Below, one piece after another: positions 12,198-24,317 of a stretch of DNA of 64,000 nucleotides. Below the pieces are notes generated by a model. It was given only the letters and a program-made list of their open reading frames with translations. It was not told the origin of the DNA and made no database searches. Position 1 is the stretch's first letter. Each line of letters opens with the position of its first letter. Position numbers and translations under genes: made by a program. Origin of the DNA: Tricharina praecox (taxonomy: Eukaryota); assembly GCF_024521635.1 (NCBI RefSeq), contig NW_026250405.1, positions 496,001-560,000 of the forward strand, read 5' to 3'.

Positions 12198-14535
12198 CTA
12201 CGGCTTGGGAGGAATGTAATCCTGTAGTAGCCTCCACATCTTCGAGTCCTCAAGCCATTTATGGCTCGTTTTGTCCACTTTAGGTTGTCCTGGCATAGTC
12301 CCACAGAATTTTGGACGCGTCCATTGTGTAATGTACATGAGGGCCATATTCTCATCCCATTCCCACTTCCAATCAACGTCATCTTGGATGTACCAGGGCC
12401 CAATTCCGATCCAACGAGTGGCCTCGGACTGTCGAGGTTTGCCGATTGCTTGCTTGCCAGAAATTATCTCCCTCGCCCAAGCACGGGCGACTATGTAGGC
12501 CATGGACGATGCGTTGCAATAGTACGGAGTGTGCAGAAATGAGTCGAGCTTGGACACTTGCCCGTCCTTAGGAACCCACGGAATCCAATGATTGCCGCAA
12601 GTGTCCTGGGGGTTGAAAAGATGCAGGCACTTCAACGAGGGGAAGCAAGCGACGAACATCTCAATACGTTCCCATGGCCCCATCAGCCAAAGCCCTAGCT
12701 CCTTGATGTTGGAGCTCCTGAATTTCCATTGTGCAAGTGAGCTCATAGTCTTCAGGCCGCCTTCACGAGACGGCGTTGGTATAAGTTCATCGATGACGAG
12801 AACTTCTAGAGTCCTGAGATGGTTTTTCACCAAGACTTCCATCATGCGGTTCATCGGATTTCGTTGCACAGGCTGTCTCTGCGATTCCTCAAACGCAAAA
12901 ATTCGCTGTTTAATGGTTCCACAAGCCGCAGCCCGGATCCGGTTGTTTGAGCCTGGGTTCAGGATGTACAACTCCCGCAGTCCAGTGGTAGCCGCGATGA
13001 TGGGGAAGGCATTGATCAGAAAGGTTTTCAAGAACAAAACCCGCAGATTCGGAAGCTGCTTCTGACCGAGTTTCCTCAGAAGCGAGGAGCTCTTCCCGAG
13101 GATGTGTCCACTGTGTATAAACATCTGCACCAACATCTCTGGCCTCAAGATGTAGTTGTCGATGGTTCTGAACTGCCAGGAAGTCCTGATGAAATCAATG
13201 TTCACATTGATCGTCAATGCCGGCGGGATATTGTATTCAATCCTTTCCCTCCTCCTCTGTGCGAGTCCGAAGCACCTGGCCCATAGATCCTCAATCCAAT
13301 CCCATAAGTCCTTTTCCTCGTCGATTAGGTATTTTTCGATCAGCCAGTACCACCAGAGCTCCAGGCCGAGACTGAAGTTCCGCAGGGTTCCGGATTCAAT
13401 ACAGTCTGCGATGACCACCGCAATCTCGGGAAACCGGAGGTCGCTAGTTCTTCCACATCCGACACCACGCAGGTCGAGGGACACCAAGTTCTTGAAGCCG
13501 ACAAGCCCATCTACTGCTGGAACGTAGTTTGTGAGCCTAGGCAGCGCGGGACTCATTCGTTCGTAGAGCAAAGGGTCGGAGTGCTCGAAATCGACCGTCA
13601 AAGTCTGCAGTCGTGGCATCTTCTTGAGCTCCTTCCAGACATCTGCGGTGAGGAAAGCTCTATTATGTGGGTTGATCCAGCCTCGGTCGAGAATATCGTC
13701 CAACCTCAAGACGGGCGGGATCACCTTGGTGGTAGGTCGTGGAAGTGGGCACCAGCTATTCGGTCGGTCAGTAGCAGAAACTAGGGAATATTGGATGATA
13801 TCCCAATATCGGAGGAGACCTGAAAGAACTGGAAGCAGAACTTACGAGAAACTTCGAAGATTGCACATTGACGTAAGAAGGCGCGCCAAATATGGGTCGA
13901 TCGAAATTTTACCACGACCGGAAACTCTATCAATAGCTATGGTGATGATCCCACCAATCTGAAGGAAGCATCTCCGGAGGTCATACTGAACCAAATTCGG
14001 ACTTAGATAAGGCCGTGGCTCTGGTAGCGGTGGAGACGTCATTGACAATTTCGCATTCCAAAGTGGAATGTCGAGATGCCAGATGTACTGCACAAGTTGG
14101 TCTTTACTCGGAAATTTTGATGGAATCTGTGTGCCAGTGGTGAATAGGGAAGGTTTTAGTAGTAAGTTGAACGGAATCATGTCCCCGTCAAACTCATTGG
14201 GGAATATGCAGGCCAGATCTCCGGTATAGAATGGTGAGCGGATACGGAGCGTCCTGTAGAGCCGTCCGATGCACATAGTGTAGAAGAATTTGCTGGTGCG
14301 GCAAAGGGAGAGCAAGTCTTGAGGTGAATCGATCTGCGATTGATTAGTCTCATGAGTTGTGGTGATGAGGGTAGAAAGGAGAAGGGGGAGAAGGAGGGAG
14401 TGGAGGGGGTGGAGGGAGTGGTGGTGATGGTGGTGGTGGCGATAGTGGTTGGGTTCTTTTTGAACATACGAAATCAAGGATATCCATCCAGGTCTCCGTT
14501 CCGAGCGTTTCAAGGGCGCCTGAGAGGTCAGACAT
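12198..14535 (-). CDS. F-box-like / LRR-type fungal protein, 3 exons (alternative start at 14784)
   Basis: LETLGTETWMDILDF|IDSPQDLLSLCRTSKFFYTMCIGRLYRTL is F-box-like; intron 13845-13757 gives NLRSFS|WCP joined to the 508 aa ORF with LxxLxL repeats. Confidence 0.72.
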
Positions 14536-15565
14536 CTTTGGCGTTCCGGTCGCAGAAAGGGTGAGGTTGTCGAATGCGTGGATGAACTCTCTATCGACGA
14601 TCTGTTTCTGCCGCTGACTCCAAATGTACTCGGCGCTGTGCAAAGAGAAAGGTGAGCGTTTCGGAGGAGGGAAGTTGGTTGAGCTCACTTTGCCCCAAGT
14701 CCTCTCTGGTTCCGCTAGCCTTCTCGGGCTTTGGGGGGCAGGAGCCCTCACGAGTGACCAGTCGTGCGGGGTCGAACGCGCCATCGTGGTCTGGAAGTTA
14801 CGGGCTCAGCCCTGTATTGGCGATCACCACTCAAACTTCGATGTACCCGTCTCCTTTCACGACCTGCACGCAAGGGACCTCCAAGTCTCCTTCAGGCACC
14901 TGTGACCGCTCTCACCTACTTAGTGCCGGGGGTTATCTACGTGAACATGTGCATGTTGATGGGGGTAACTTACGTGCGGGGTAGCTTCCGCAAGCTGTTT
15001 ACGTGAGGTTGATGTTGCAGGCTGGCGTTGCAGACGCATGTGGCACAAGCAGGTAGGCGGTACTCTATATACCGGTGTTAGCGTAGGCGAATCTGGCGAG
15101 AGCTGGTGCTGTGGCGCAGGGTGGTCCGTGTATACAGGATTGTCAGTCTGCGCTTTGCTTGACGCCTTGGTGCGGGAGGTTTTTGAGACTTTTATAACAG
15201 CCTGTGGATAGGTAAATTAGAAATGAACACACATCGCTGCGTGCGGTGTCAGTGTCACGGTCAAAGGGCTGTAGCTAAGGCGTGGAGTTGTGTGGCGGTG
15301 TTAAGCGGTGAACTCACAAAGCTGCAGAAGTGTTATGGTAGACTGCCCTTCAATAGAGTAGAGTACTAGTAGTTATCCATTGTGTTCTGGCATTAGGCGG
15401 AAGTAAGGAGGCGATTCTCTGAGGAGAACGGTAAAGTAGAGTCACTTTGAAATTTGAGTCATATGGTATGTGACTCCAGATGTAGATAAGGCCGAAGCCG
15501 CACTGCCGCACTGCCGCCCCCGCGCAGGTCAGGTATCATCATCTAGGTACTTGGAATACACGTAA

Positions 15566-15946
15566 TTATTCATCCCCAACAATGGCATCGACTGAGCCTC
15601 CCAAGTACACCTTCAGCATTGGCCTCGTAACCTTCAAAACCTTACAACCGACACTCTCCACCTGTGCCTTCTCATACGCCTGCAGACGATGGCACCCGCC
15701 AAACGCGAAATAAAAGTCCTTCCCCGACGGCGCGCGATAGTGCAACACATCCACCGGCGGCAGCTCTCCGGGCGTTATCGCCTCGGGCGCAGGGCTCGGG
15801 ATATAGTCCGGCGTTTCGTTCCTTAACGTCTGAACCATCGAATCGATTTTCTTGCTATCCAGCACCGGCGGGATCGGTCGGAGGAGCGACGAGAGTGGGA
15901 GGGATTGCGTCTTGAGCGCTCGTGACTGAAGCGATCCTCCCAACAT
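15566..15946 (-). CDS. SRX1: Sulfiredoxin
   Basis: RPIPPVLD..KIDSMV..L, LPPVDVL and the catalytic FAFGGCHRLQA motif; ends LKVYLG. Confidence 0.95.
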   Translation of the reverse strand: MLGGSLQSRALKTQSLPLSSLLRPIPPVLDSKKIDSMVQTLRNETPDYIPSPAPEAITPGELPPVDVLHYRAPSGKDFYFAFGGCHRLQAYEKAQVESVGCKVLKVTRPMLKVYLGGSVDAIVGDE

Positions 15947-18919
15947 GATGGCGTGTTTCGGACGTTCGTACGTTTGCTGCTAGGTATTCGCAAGAGCTGA
16001 AGATCAAGGCTTGTAATCAGAGCTGCTGACCGTTGTCCGTAGAGCGTGGTGGTGGTGGTGATGGATGCGTTGGCTTGAGGAATGAGTCCCGTCACAGCTT
16101 AAGAAGAGCAACGTCAACCTCAAGTCGCGAGTCCTGCATCTTGGTGAGCGACGATGTTCTAGATCGTGCGGCCATGGTCGGGATGACGTACCTAGATCAC
16201 GACTAGCCACTCTAGTGGCTAAGCGAGACCTCACTTCATGCTTCATGATCGTTCATACCACGAAGCCGAGCCAGCCAGTCTTGACTGGAATGAACAAAGG
16301 CCGCTCTTTGAACATCTAATTCTTCTATTAAACTCCAGAATCCGGAGGGATCTCTGAAGCAAAAGTGCTCCAAGATGGATGAGGCCCATTATACATGTAG
16401 AGACAAGGTTGATCCTACAAGTGCGCAGATTTCTAGGGGGTGGCATGCGTAGATTCATGCTAGTCGCATTCAGAAACCGGCGAAGATAGGCAGATCAGCT
16501 GAGGACCGGGATCCAACCTCCCATCTTAAGCTGAACATAAAGTCGTCCGATTTCCTAGGCCCAGACAACATCAGAACAGTCCTACAGAATCCGTGAGCTT
16601 GAGGAATCTTCAGGACTTACTAATCGGTGATCGCCGGTCGCGAGGGCCTTGAGGAAAGGTTGTTTCTGATACTGCCCATGGCGTTTCCCAGGAAAAGGGA
16701 CAGATGCGGTCTCACGATTCCCGATTGTTATATAGTGAGCCAGTCGCAATATCATACCCTAGGATAAGACAGGCCGCCCATGTCGTGCAGGAAGCCGCAG
16801 CACGCGCAGCATCTCCAAGACTCCAACACGGTCACGGGGAACGCTGTGGGATAGTTATGATGTGGTAGGTGGACCATCTGCCATGCAGCGCTTTACTGGC
16901 AATACCTACTCGCCTGCCCTTCGGCTCCACCAACCTGTCGATTGCGAACCTTTGGCAGACAATAGCTCCCGGAGCCAGTGCGATGGCTGCGTTCGACGGG
17001 TAGAGTCCCTTGTGCTCTACATACGGTAGGTACCTGTGTTCTGCGATACTCTGCGGATCTGCCCAACAAAAGTGCCTATAGGATTTCCCCAACTCCTGGA
17101 GCTACTACCGACCAGCCACACACGAGATGAATTGGTTATTGCAGTGATATCATAACTTTCGGCCGCATGCCTTCGGTAAGCAGCCGTACGCCCTCCATGC
17201 TCACTGATCCAAAACCGATTACTCCGGCAACAAAGCAGGTGTCCATGAGGTAGGTAGCTCGTGTGCGGCATGATCGCAGGGCTGCAATGATTAGTTACCG
17301 TGCAAAGGGTTTGCACCTACAAGAAGAAAGAGCTTCAATATGATAGATACCTCCGTTCGGAAAAGATCCACCATCGAGCTCAGGGGAAGACAGACAAAAA
17401 ACCCCTCGTGGAAGGCGCCATGCATCGAATCTGTGCAGAGCCAAAGTGCATCGAATCTGTGATTTATTATTAGGAACGATACGTACCTAATACCTATGCC
17501 GAGCGCAGCTCATCTGTACCTCCTCTCCGTGCCGCTCCGCTGACTTGGATCTGATCTGTCACACGCCATCTCCCTGGTGACGCAGCGATTTCTGGATGCT
17601 GGCCTGCAAGAGCTTCTGCCGAGCTTCAGCTCTTGGGAGAAACATGGCATCTGCGGAGGTATATTGGCAAAGCGTGGATCAGAAAGAATGCACTTTTCTA
17701 AAACCTCCGTACAACACATGTGTATTAGAGTGCATCTGGAAATAATAGGTACGAGTAATACTTATTTCACCCACGTAAGCTGGGTCAGATGTCTGTCCGT
17801 CGGCTGGCTTCCGAGCTTTAAATAATCTGAATATCACGCTGGTAAGCTCATAATCTCTTCCAGGAGACAGTTGCTCGGTGCAGCTACATACCATCTCGGT
17901 GAGGCATCCGGGACACTGCGGCGGAAAGGGGATGCTCGATTCCTTCCCAGTGCGTACCGATCGCCAACTCGTATTTGCAATTCTCCGACAGTGACTAGTA
18001 TGTCCGATGATCAACGGATATAGGCTCGGCGTCGGAAAGGGAGAGCGGCTTCTTCGCATAAGAAGTATATGTAGTTGAGTTATCATCTAGTTAGTGTCCT
18101 ATGCTAGGTAGGAGCAATATAAATTGCCGAGCCCACAGTAGCCGCAGAGCATGGACAGGGCACTGGAAACTCAACTCTCTCGTCGCTAGCAAGATAAGTC
18201 CTCATATGTACTCGTCCCAAGCTTTGCTGATGAGTCGAGTGCGTAGAGGGTGAGCTTGGTAGCGGGAATTACCAGCAGTCTTTATTTTGAGACCAGGCCC
18301 ACAGCCCCGGAGCCGCTCTGTAGGCAGATACCATTCCTGCGCGGTTGCGTTTCTTTGCGTCTGAACTAGCAGCAATGGATCGATACTCGGGTTCGGAGAG
18401 CAGTCGACAGCAAGTCGACTGCTGCAAAGGAGGGCAGTACAGGAGGTATGTAAGTACTTGAGCTGAAAACGGTGAACTTGTGGTGGCTGCAGCCCCCCGC
18501 AATTCCAGACTTCAATCAACATTTCATGGAATGATGATCATCCCGGGCGCCACCGGCAGGCGGTGAGGGTTGGGGTGAGAGAGCGAGAGCGAGAGACGGA
18601 GGAGAATATTAGGTCGGCAAGAAACAGATAGAAGAGAGGTTGTCCCTTGCTGCCGTTCAATTGCACTGCTTTGTCGGGAGGCTTCTTTTGATAAAGCTTG
18701 GACTGCCCGCCTCTGTTCAATTCGCCCACAACCACCAACCACCATCACCCGCCATTGACCTCGTCTCGTATTCCCCACCCCCCACCTTCACCTTCGTCGC
18801 CGCCTCTCTCAGCTAAAACCTTCAACGAAACTCCATCATCTCTCCTCGACCGGTCGGCCCTAGGTATAGAATCCCTGCGGTCATTCATCTCGAGTTCGAT
18901 TACAACACCGCTGTCAAAA

Positions 18920-20075
18920 ATGTCAAAGCTACTCGACCCCAACGCCGGTATCAACAGCCATCCGCATCCAGGCTCGAAGTACGGTCCGGCGATTACCATT
19001 CCGCCCTCACCGGCGCCTACCACACGTTCGTTTGAAGTCGGCGACGACGACGATTTGATTAAGCCTCTGCAACCTCAGTCGCCAACTCTGAAGCCTACCC
19101 AGAATCCGACGCCAGCTCAGAAGCCAAAACAGAACATCGACCTCATCATGCGAGACATCGAACACGACGTAGCGGGATGCACATCTCCCAAGAACGGAAA
19201 GGGAAGCGCCTCGGGGAAGCCCAATAAGGGAGTCCAGTATTACGACGAGGTCTTCGGAGTGCGACAGTCGCCGAAGATACCGCAGACAGCCGGTATTTGT
19301 GTTGAGTTCAAGACGAATATGGTGGTGAGTTGATACCCAGTTTTCCTCCTACCCAATTCAGCGGGGGATTCACAGGGTTGCCGCTGCTGGGTTGCGTTCC
19401 GAAGCTTGTCACTTGCTTGTGTCGAAGCTGGGATTCGGTCAACCCCGCGATAGTATATCGGAATGTCGTGTGACACCTCGGGCCATGAAAAAGAAAGCTA
19501 ACCGTTGCTGGAAACCTGTTTAGCTTGAGGACGAGTTTCAATTCGCCATGATTCTTGGGGCTATGATCGCGACTCGATACAACCGCGAGCCGGAGCATAT
19601 CTGTGTGGTGGTGGATCACAACGCTTGCATGATGGTCGGCGGAACCTTTGACGCTGCGTATCTCATGACAATCACCTCAGTCACCATGATATCACCTGCA
19701 GTCAACAGACGGAACGCTGCCGTGTTCGCAGATTGGATCGAGTCAAATTCCACTATTCCGGCATGCCGTGGGTACATTCGGTTTGTGGATCCCCAGTTTT
19801 CCAACTTTGCTGTTGGGGGGAAAACGGTCCTGGGTACTATGGAGACGGAGGAGATCAAGAGGACCGGGTACGCGGAGAAGGCGAACATGATCCGACAAAA
19901 GAGCATCAAGAGGCAGCTGTCGAGAAAGGAACAGAAAGCGGAAAAGCTGGCGACCGCCGAACTGAAAGTGGACAGCGATGGACGGCCAACTAGCCCGTAC
20001 AATCGGATGCAGAAGAAGAGCATGAGCATGCTCAACATGTTTCTGCGAGGTCAACAGCAGCGTGGCACGACATAG
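18920..20075 (+). CDS. MIF/tautomerase-fold domain protein (fungal type with long N-terminal extension), 2 exons
   Basis: CVEFKTNMV|LEDEFQFAMIL...RYNREPEHICVVVDHNACMMVGGTFDAAYLMTITS...NRRNAA...RGYIRFVD...NFAVGGKTV; intron about 19324-19523 (GTGAGT...GCTAAC...TAG). Confidence 0.82.
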
Positions 20076-21499
20076 TCAGACCATCCGCTCAGGCTGTGAG
20101 ATTTATCTGACAGTGTCTATTGGTCAACTTTTGGGGACGTATGAGTTGGTTGTATCACCAATTGAGTTTACAATAACTGCCCACGAGTGATCTGTCAATC
20201 TATGGAATAGGACTATTACTATTCCAGATTCTGTACTGCCCTTCATTTGTTGCTTTCCATTTCATTTTTCCGATGGTTTTTTGAGAGGTTTTGGAACGGA
20301 GTTGTATCTTGTTTGTGTTTTTTTGTTCTTTGCTGGAATGCTTATCCGTTTTGGTTTTGGTTTTCCGTTTTCCATGTAATGGGTGCTGGTGCGTGAAGGG
20401 TTCATTTTCTTATACGAGGGGCATCGGAGTACATTTTGGAGGCTGTTACTTGGTGATTGTCAGTTCGGCGCTCGGTGGGAGCCTGCAGGTTTTCTACCTA
20501 CTTGTGTATATCAAGGGACGGTAATTAAGTATACGTGGAGTTCGGGTACATACTGCCATATGCAAAAGTGCCCCCCTCCGCAACCTGTTTCACTGGTGAT
20601 GATCATATCGTCCAGCCTGCTCTCGGTATGTTTTCAACAGAACGCCAGGATTTGGTTCAGTAATTTGAATCCTCCGTGCAAAAGAAGCTGTGTTTTGCTG
20701 AAGTGGTGAAGCAAAGGGGTGGGAAGTAAACTTCAGTTCCTCCATCTCCATCCCCGCCTTCCGTCACCTCTTGCCCTGCCAATGTTGTGGAGGTTCACAG
20801 TCCACGGGAACGTGCGGACGCCAGGACGATGAAACCTATAGGACAAGGCTACAACGGTTTCTCCCTCCCTCCAGCACTATCCCTACCAATCTAGAGTACG
20901 AACGGTCACCTACGTACTTTCGGTGGCCGGTACGATAGGTAGATTGCGATCCTGCGGGATTCCAATATCCAGGAATGCAGGTAGGCAAGGGCACTGTATC
21001 GACGATGTTGTATGGAAACAGGCTTTCCGGCTCGTGGTACTACGTTGTGCAAACGGAACGGTCGGATGTGGTGGTAGGTGTTTTCACGAGATTGTGAGTG
21101 ATATTCTGTGAATTGCTGTTGAGGGGGGTTTTGGGGGGGAGGTACATGTATCGAAAGGTGCCAAAGATGCTCGAGGCATGTGAAGCGTATTCACTTAAGG
21201 TCTCGGGGGGTATCCTATGCGGTATCACTCGTTCGGGTATCACTCGTACAACTTGTCATGTGGTGTGGTCGCGGTGATCATCGCGTCTCGCCTCGCCTCG
21301 CCTCGCGTTGCTGGCACTTGCCGGTTCACTGTACTCTACTCCACCAACCGCAAACATCGCAGCGCCCGAGAACTTGTCTCCCCCCCAGTTCGACCTCTAC
21401 GACGACCACTCTCCGCGACTACATCCGTTAGCTCCCTACGCATCCTCGAGTTCTCGTCGCACCCTCCCCACTAGTCACCACTACCACCCAGTTACCACT

Positions 21500-21841
21500 A
21501 TGTCCAGCACCGACGAAGTCCGAATCCCTCCAGCGCTGCTTCAGCGTCTAATCACAGAATTCATGGAAGACAAAAAGACGCGCATCTCACAACCGGCAGT
21601 CGACGCGCTTGGCGAATACTTCCGCACATTCATCCGCGAAGCGATCTGGCGGGCGGCGCAGAGCCGCAAGGGCGACGAAGACGACGAGGTTGGCGGGAGG
21701 GTTGTCGGTGGGGGAACGCTGTTTCTTGAGGTAAGGGCTATGTGTGGCGGAAGAAAGGGAAGGGACGAATGCTAAACCGGGGTGGGGCGACAGGTCGAGG
21801 ATATAGAGAAGGCTGCGCCGCAGCTCATGTTGGATTTCTAA
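21500..21841 (+). CDS. MHF2: Centromere protein X / Mhf2 (histone-fold, CENP-S/X complex), 2 exons
   Basis: IPPALLQRLITEFMEDKKTRIS...EYFRTFIREAIWRA...FLE|VEDIEKAAPQLMLDF*; intron 21731-21793. The C-terminal PQLxLDF is typical of CENP-X. Confidence 0.92.
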
Positions 21842-22845
21842 AGGGTTGGGGATCGGTCATCAGGCGCAATGGGAGTTCTCGTTCACGGTTTACGAATACA
21901 CATACCTAGGTACATACGTACACTTCTCCGCTGTGATGCTACGTGGCCCTCTTCGTTCCAGATGCGACAGACAGGTATCACGATTCCACACTCGCCCATC
22001 GGACTTCTGCTTCCATATGCGAGGCGTCTCAAGAGTCACAACGATGTTTTCTGAGGATCATCATATTCTTGATTAGGGTCTATCGCGCCTGAGGCTTCTA
22101 GCGAACCACACGAATGGAGTTTTGGATGCCGTGTCAGATGTTGGGGTAGATGGTGTCGTGATCCTTGCATGATGTTCGATTTGTAGATTGTGACACCAAC
22201 ATCAAACGTCTGTCGGCGGCTCTTGGGACCCCTGGTTGCAGGTGCTGGAGTGCTCGATTTATCCGCCAAATGGTGTCTCTGGACGATTTCCATTGCGGTT
22301 ATGGCCGTAGTGTCTGATGGAAGCGTCTGGGATGACTGAAAGGCGGCACTGCGCTGGTGGATATGGATTTTTTTCTCGACCAGTCCTCATCAAGAGCTCG
22401 CCGGGAAAGATGTTGATATATGTCGTCAAGTCGTCTCATGTTCGACGGATCGCGCTTATGCAAGCTTCCATAAGATCGAGCCTGGAAGATCTCCTAGAAT
22501 ATCAAACACCAAAACGTTACAGTTGCGAGACTCTGCACAGCCGCCTAAGTTTCACAGTCCATAGCTTGGATATCATGAATGAGGGAGTATAAACCTCTCC
22601 AGCAGCACTCCTTTTCGTTTCTTTCCTTTTCTCCAATCTCATCTCTTCAATACCGTGCACATTGTATGGGTTTCCTCTCGCTACCCTTTTAATTCCCTTC
22701 TGTTTCTTTGCTCCTCTAGGTTATCGCCAGCCCGATTCCTACCTCTTACCTTCATCAAAGCGCCAGTCGCGATACAGATATCAGTACACATTCATACATA
22801 CCTCGCCAGCCGAGTTTTACTTCACCCTAATACAATACCCACACC

Positions 22846-23646
22846 ATGCGTTTCTCACGATCATCTTTCGCCACTGCCGCAACGGCCATCCTCCTCCAGG
22901 TCACAGCGGCACAGAACTCATCCGTACCAGTGCCACCGGGGAGCGTCATGACACACGTCATTCAAGTTGGAGATCAAGACGGTGCACTCAAGTTCTACCC
23001 AGACACTCTGGAAGGCGTTAACGCCGGAGATTTGGTCCAATTCCACTTCTGGCCCCAGGTTCGTTCGCATCTCTTCACGCTTCTACTTCCCTCTGTTGAC
23101 ATTTCCACCAGGCGCATTCCGTAGCACAGAGTAGCTTCGACGCACCATGCCAGCCCCTTGAGTCTGCGGACACCACTGGGTTCTGGAGCGGAATGATGCC
23201 GGTCACCGCTGAGAGCACCACTATGCCGGTATTCACTATTCCCATAAACAGCACCGACCCCATCTGGTTCTACTGCGCCACTGGCAAGCACTGTCAAAAC
23301 GGCATGGTGGGAGTTATCAACCCGTACGTATTCCCCTCCTCTCCCCTTACCCTTCCTAGCTAACCCGTGAAACAGTCCCGCGGATAAACAACTCTCCTCC
23401 TACGTCTCCGCAGCCGCAGTCGTGCCAAAGACCGGTATCCCCAGCGGCATTGGCGGAGGAAGCAACAGCACCATTCCCGGGGACGAGAGCCGCCCGAATG
23501 GAACGATTCCCATTGGTACTGGCGCTACGTTGTCGCCGACTGCTACTGGTGGTGCGGGTACAGGTGCGGCGGCTACCCTCAGGATACCGGGCCAGGCGAT
23601 TGGCGCGTTGGTGGCGGTGTTGGCGGCCGCGTTGGTTTTTGTGTAG
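22846..23646 (+). CDS. Secreted, probably GPI-anchored cupredoxin (extracellular serine-rich protein family), 3 exons
   Basis: Signal peptide; THVIQVG...FYP...GDLVQFHFWPQ|AHSVAQSSFDAPC...PIWFYCATGKHCQNGMVGVINP (type-1 Cu ligands H, C, H, M); S/T/G-rich stalk and hydrophobic C-terminus. Confidence 0.9.
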
Positions 23647-24209
23647 AATGTTTGAATGTAATATGGACTTTGGCGTTGTTTCTACTTTTTTTTCTTTTTC
23701 TTCGAGATAGGTCTGCTGGCTGGATTACTGGTAATAGGGTGCATGAATTTGTGGTGTTAGAATGTGATAACTGTATGTGATCTTTGCTCGTTTTCATGAA
23801 ATAAAAGTTTCCGAGTGATCGTTATGGAGGCATTTATTCATCAGGGGCTTTGGACAATTTACTGGGGAGCAGCCTATATAATCCCCTCAATTGCCATTCA
23901 AAGTATACCGTTCCATTCCACCTCGTTACTACAGTAGCTCTAACGAATGTTTATTGAATCACAGTAAACAGCCGCCCACCCGCCGGCAAGACAAGCTCCC
24001 GCTTTCCACCGGCGCTATGCATCCGGGCGTTTGCAGCTGTCTTTCACGAGCTGGCCGCCACCGTAACATGTTTACGACTCCTAATCTCAAGCTCCTAACC
24101 GGAGATTGTGAAAATTTGTGTTTTCTGTTGGTCCCCCATCTCACTTTGCTTGCATGCGAAGCTACTCATTAAAGTCAAGCTGTAAACGTTACCGACTTCG
24201 AACATCCAA

Positions 24210-24317
24210 GGCAGGATGGCCGAGTTGGTTATGGCGCCAGGTTAAGGTCACCTTAATACAATCGTTTCGATTCCTGGTTCGGGAAACTGAGCGTGGGTTC
24301 AAGTCCCACTCCTGTCA
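24210..24317 (+). tRNA. tRNA-Leu(AAG) with intron
   Basis: Acceptor GGCAGGA/TCCTGTC+A, A box TGGCCGAGTTGG, anticodon stem CCAGG/CCTGG with TT-AAG-G, ~24 nt intron partly complementary to the anticodon, long variable arm, T arm GTGGG-TTCAAGT-CCCAC, downstream T8 terminator. Confidence 0.93.

Noticed and set aside
16200..18200. Possible transposon or gene relic between sulfiredoxin and the MIF-like gene
   Set aside because: No RT, transposase or other motif recognised in the frames I translated.
1..23646. Redox gene cluster (OSGIN-like, sulfiredoxin, cupredoxin, NDUFB4)
   Set aside because: Interspersed with unrelated housekeeping genes; no shared pathway or regulatory motif seen.
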